A DNA stretch of 18,018 nucleotides from Methanobacterium sp. (GTDB taxonomy: Archaea; Methanobacteriota; Methanobacteria; Methanobacteriales; Methanobacteriaceae): assembly GCA_003166335.1 (NCBI GenBank), contig PMWA01000061.1, positions 1-18,018 of the forward strand, in the 5' to 3' direction. The position numbers and the translations under genes were made by a program. Shown here piece by piece: positions 16,984-18,018 of the stretch. Each line of letters starts with the position of its first letter. Within the stretch, counting starts at the first letter, position 1. The notes under the pieces are model-generated. The model saw only the letters and a list, made by a program, of their open reading frames with translations, did no database searches and was not told the origin of the DNA.

Positions 16984-17280
16984 TCATTTTAAATGCAGCT
17001 TTAAAAGCTCGTTCACTTCATTTACCATATTCTCATTAACTTTCGCCACTAAATACTTACCTTTCCTTTCAGTAAATATTAATTCAGCGTTAGCTAATTC
17101 TTTAAGGTGATGTGAAACCGTAGGAGCTCCAATATTCAATGATTTAACAATATCACTTATTAAACATTCACAATTTGTTTCATAACTGGCATCATGCTTT
17201 CTAACGATTTGTAAGTATAATTCTAACCTGTTAGAGTTCGAAAGGGCCTTAAAAACCTTAACCATCTTCTTTTTATCCAT
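16984..17280 (-). CDS. ArsR/SmtB family transcriptional regulator
   Basis: FKALSNSNRL, CEC before the HTH, PTVSHHLKEL and ERKGK motifs. Confidence 0.93.
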   Translation of the reverse strand: MDKKKMVKVFKALSNSNRLELYLQIVRKHDASYETNCECLISDIVKSLNIGAPTVSHHLKELANAELIFTERKGKYLVAKVNENMVNEVNELLKLHLK

Positions 17281-17306
17281 TATATAATAACACCAATCAA
17301 ACTTTT

Positions 17307-17338
17307 ACAATTCGATAACTATCGAAATGTGATATAAA
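17307..17338 (-). promoter_or_regulatory. arsR promoter with palindromic operator
   Basis: ACAATTCGAT-aact-ATCGAAATGT (9 of 10 inverted match, 17307-17330) directly downstream of minus-strand TTTATAT (17338-17332). Confidence 0.7.
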
Positions 17339-17489
17339 TATTAATTAAAATTTTATATAAAACTTTGCATTTAGGACGTCAAGAAGTTTTTTTTTAGGAG
17401 TTTACATTCTTGAATTTTGGTGTAATATGGTGTAATTTGCATATAATTTTGAAAAAGTTACTTAAATATAAAATTTTTAAACAAAAAGA

Positions 17490-17591
17490 TAGGGAGGGGT
17501 TACAATCGATAAAAAAAAATAATTTTTTTATCACGTCCATTTAATTTTACCGCCTCAAAATTAATAACCCTCCCTAAACTCTCATTTTTTT
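17490..17591. ncRNA. Candidate three-way-junction small RNA or MITE-like element
   Basis: P1 TAGGGAGGGGTTA/TAACCCTCCCTA, P2 GATAAAAAAA/TTTTTTTATC, P3 TTAATTTT-accgcctc-AAAATTAA. TTAAATAT at 17462 and a T-tract just after the element. Confidence 0.55.
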
Positions 17592-17628
17592 AAAAGGTAT
17601 TTCTTAAATTTTAGGATGTGAAAAAAAT

Positions 17629-18000
17629 ATGGTAATTGAATGGAGACCGTTGATAATTGGTATATTATTTGCTCTAGCTATATACGTCGTATCTATCCTG
17701 TCAAGCCAAAGTGCTATAGCACTTCTCAGTTTGTTATTGGGAGGAGTAGTATTGGGCGTTATGATTGGAGGAAAAATTAAAGATGCATTAATTAATGGAT
17801 TAATTTTTGGAGTAATAACCGGTGTGATCATTTTCGTAGTAACTCTAATTGAAATAGTCACATCAACATTAGGCTCAGCATTATTAGGCGCATATACTGA
17901 GGAACTTTTACTACTACTAGTTATAGAAATAATTCTAGGAATAGTTGGTAGTATATTGGGAATTTATTTGAGGTCAGAAGCGCTTAAAAACAGTTCATAG
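17629..18000 (+). CDS. Small multi-pass membrane protein (DUF5518-like)
   Basis: About four Gly-rich hydrophobic helices, WRPLIIG start, GxxVGxMIGG...ALING and GIVGSILG patterns. Confidence 0.7.
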   Translation: MVIEWRPLIIGILFALAIYVVSILSSQSAIALLSLLLGGVVLGVMIGGKIKDALINGLIFGVITGVIIFVVTLIEIVTSTLGSALLGAYTEELLLLLVIEIILGIVGSILGIYLRSEALKNSS

Positions 18001-18018
18001 TCAAAATAATTTTCAAAT

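Noticed and set aside
17604..17861. Minus-strand 85-aa ORF
   Set aside because: Antisense to the membrane protein gene.
1..18018. CRISPR array, rRNA, IS transposase, inteins in Cdc48/Cdc6
   Set aside because: No spaced repeats, rRNA-like tracts or transposase ORFs were seen, and both ATPases are of normal length with contiguous motifs.

Overview
AT-rich archaeal DNA, most consistent with a Methanobacterium-like methanogen (inferred from protein families, TATA/BRE promoters and GGAGG/GAGGTG ribosome-binding sites). A core block (archease, Cdc48, Orc1/Cdc6, MptE, class V aminotransferase, B12 radical SAM) is interleaved with accessory DNA. Left of archease is an island-like stretch with a tyrosine recombinase that has Ser in place of the first catalytic Arg, an ABM monooxygenase, a TetR regulator and an NADP-type secondary alcohol dehydrogenase. 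The downstream partner of that dehydrogenase, F420H2:NADP oxidoreductase (npdG/fno), is cut after about 25 codons and joined head-on to the 5' stub of another gene. The right side has a decarboxylase-type amidohydrolase, a Zn-ribbon protein, an ArsR plus two-flavodoxin unit and a membrane protein. Signals missed by the ORF track: two multi-stem ncRNA candidates with their own TATA boxes (about 10501-10655 and 17490-17591), a 10-8-10 palindrome and TGCAAGC repeats around the recombinase, a TATA-fused motif shared by adh and abm, an ArsR operator, and a doubly frameshifted YdeI gene. No tRNA, rRNA or CRISPR array was seen. All family calls come from motif recognition by eye; no searches were run.
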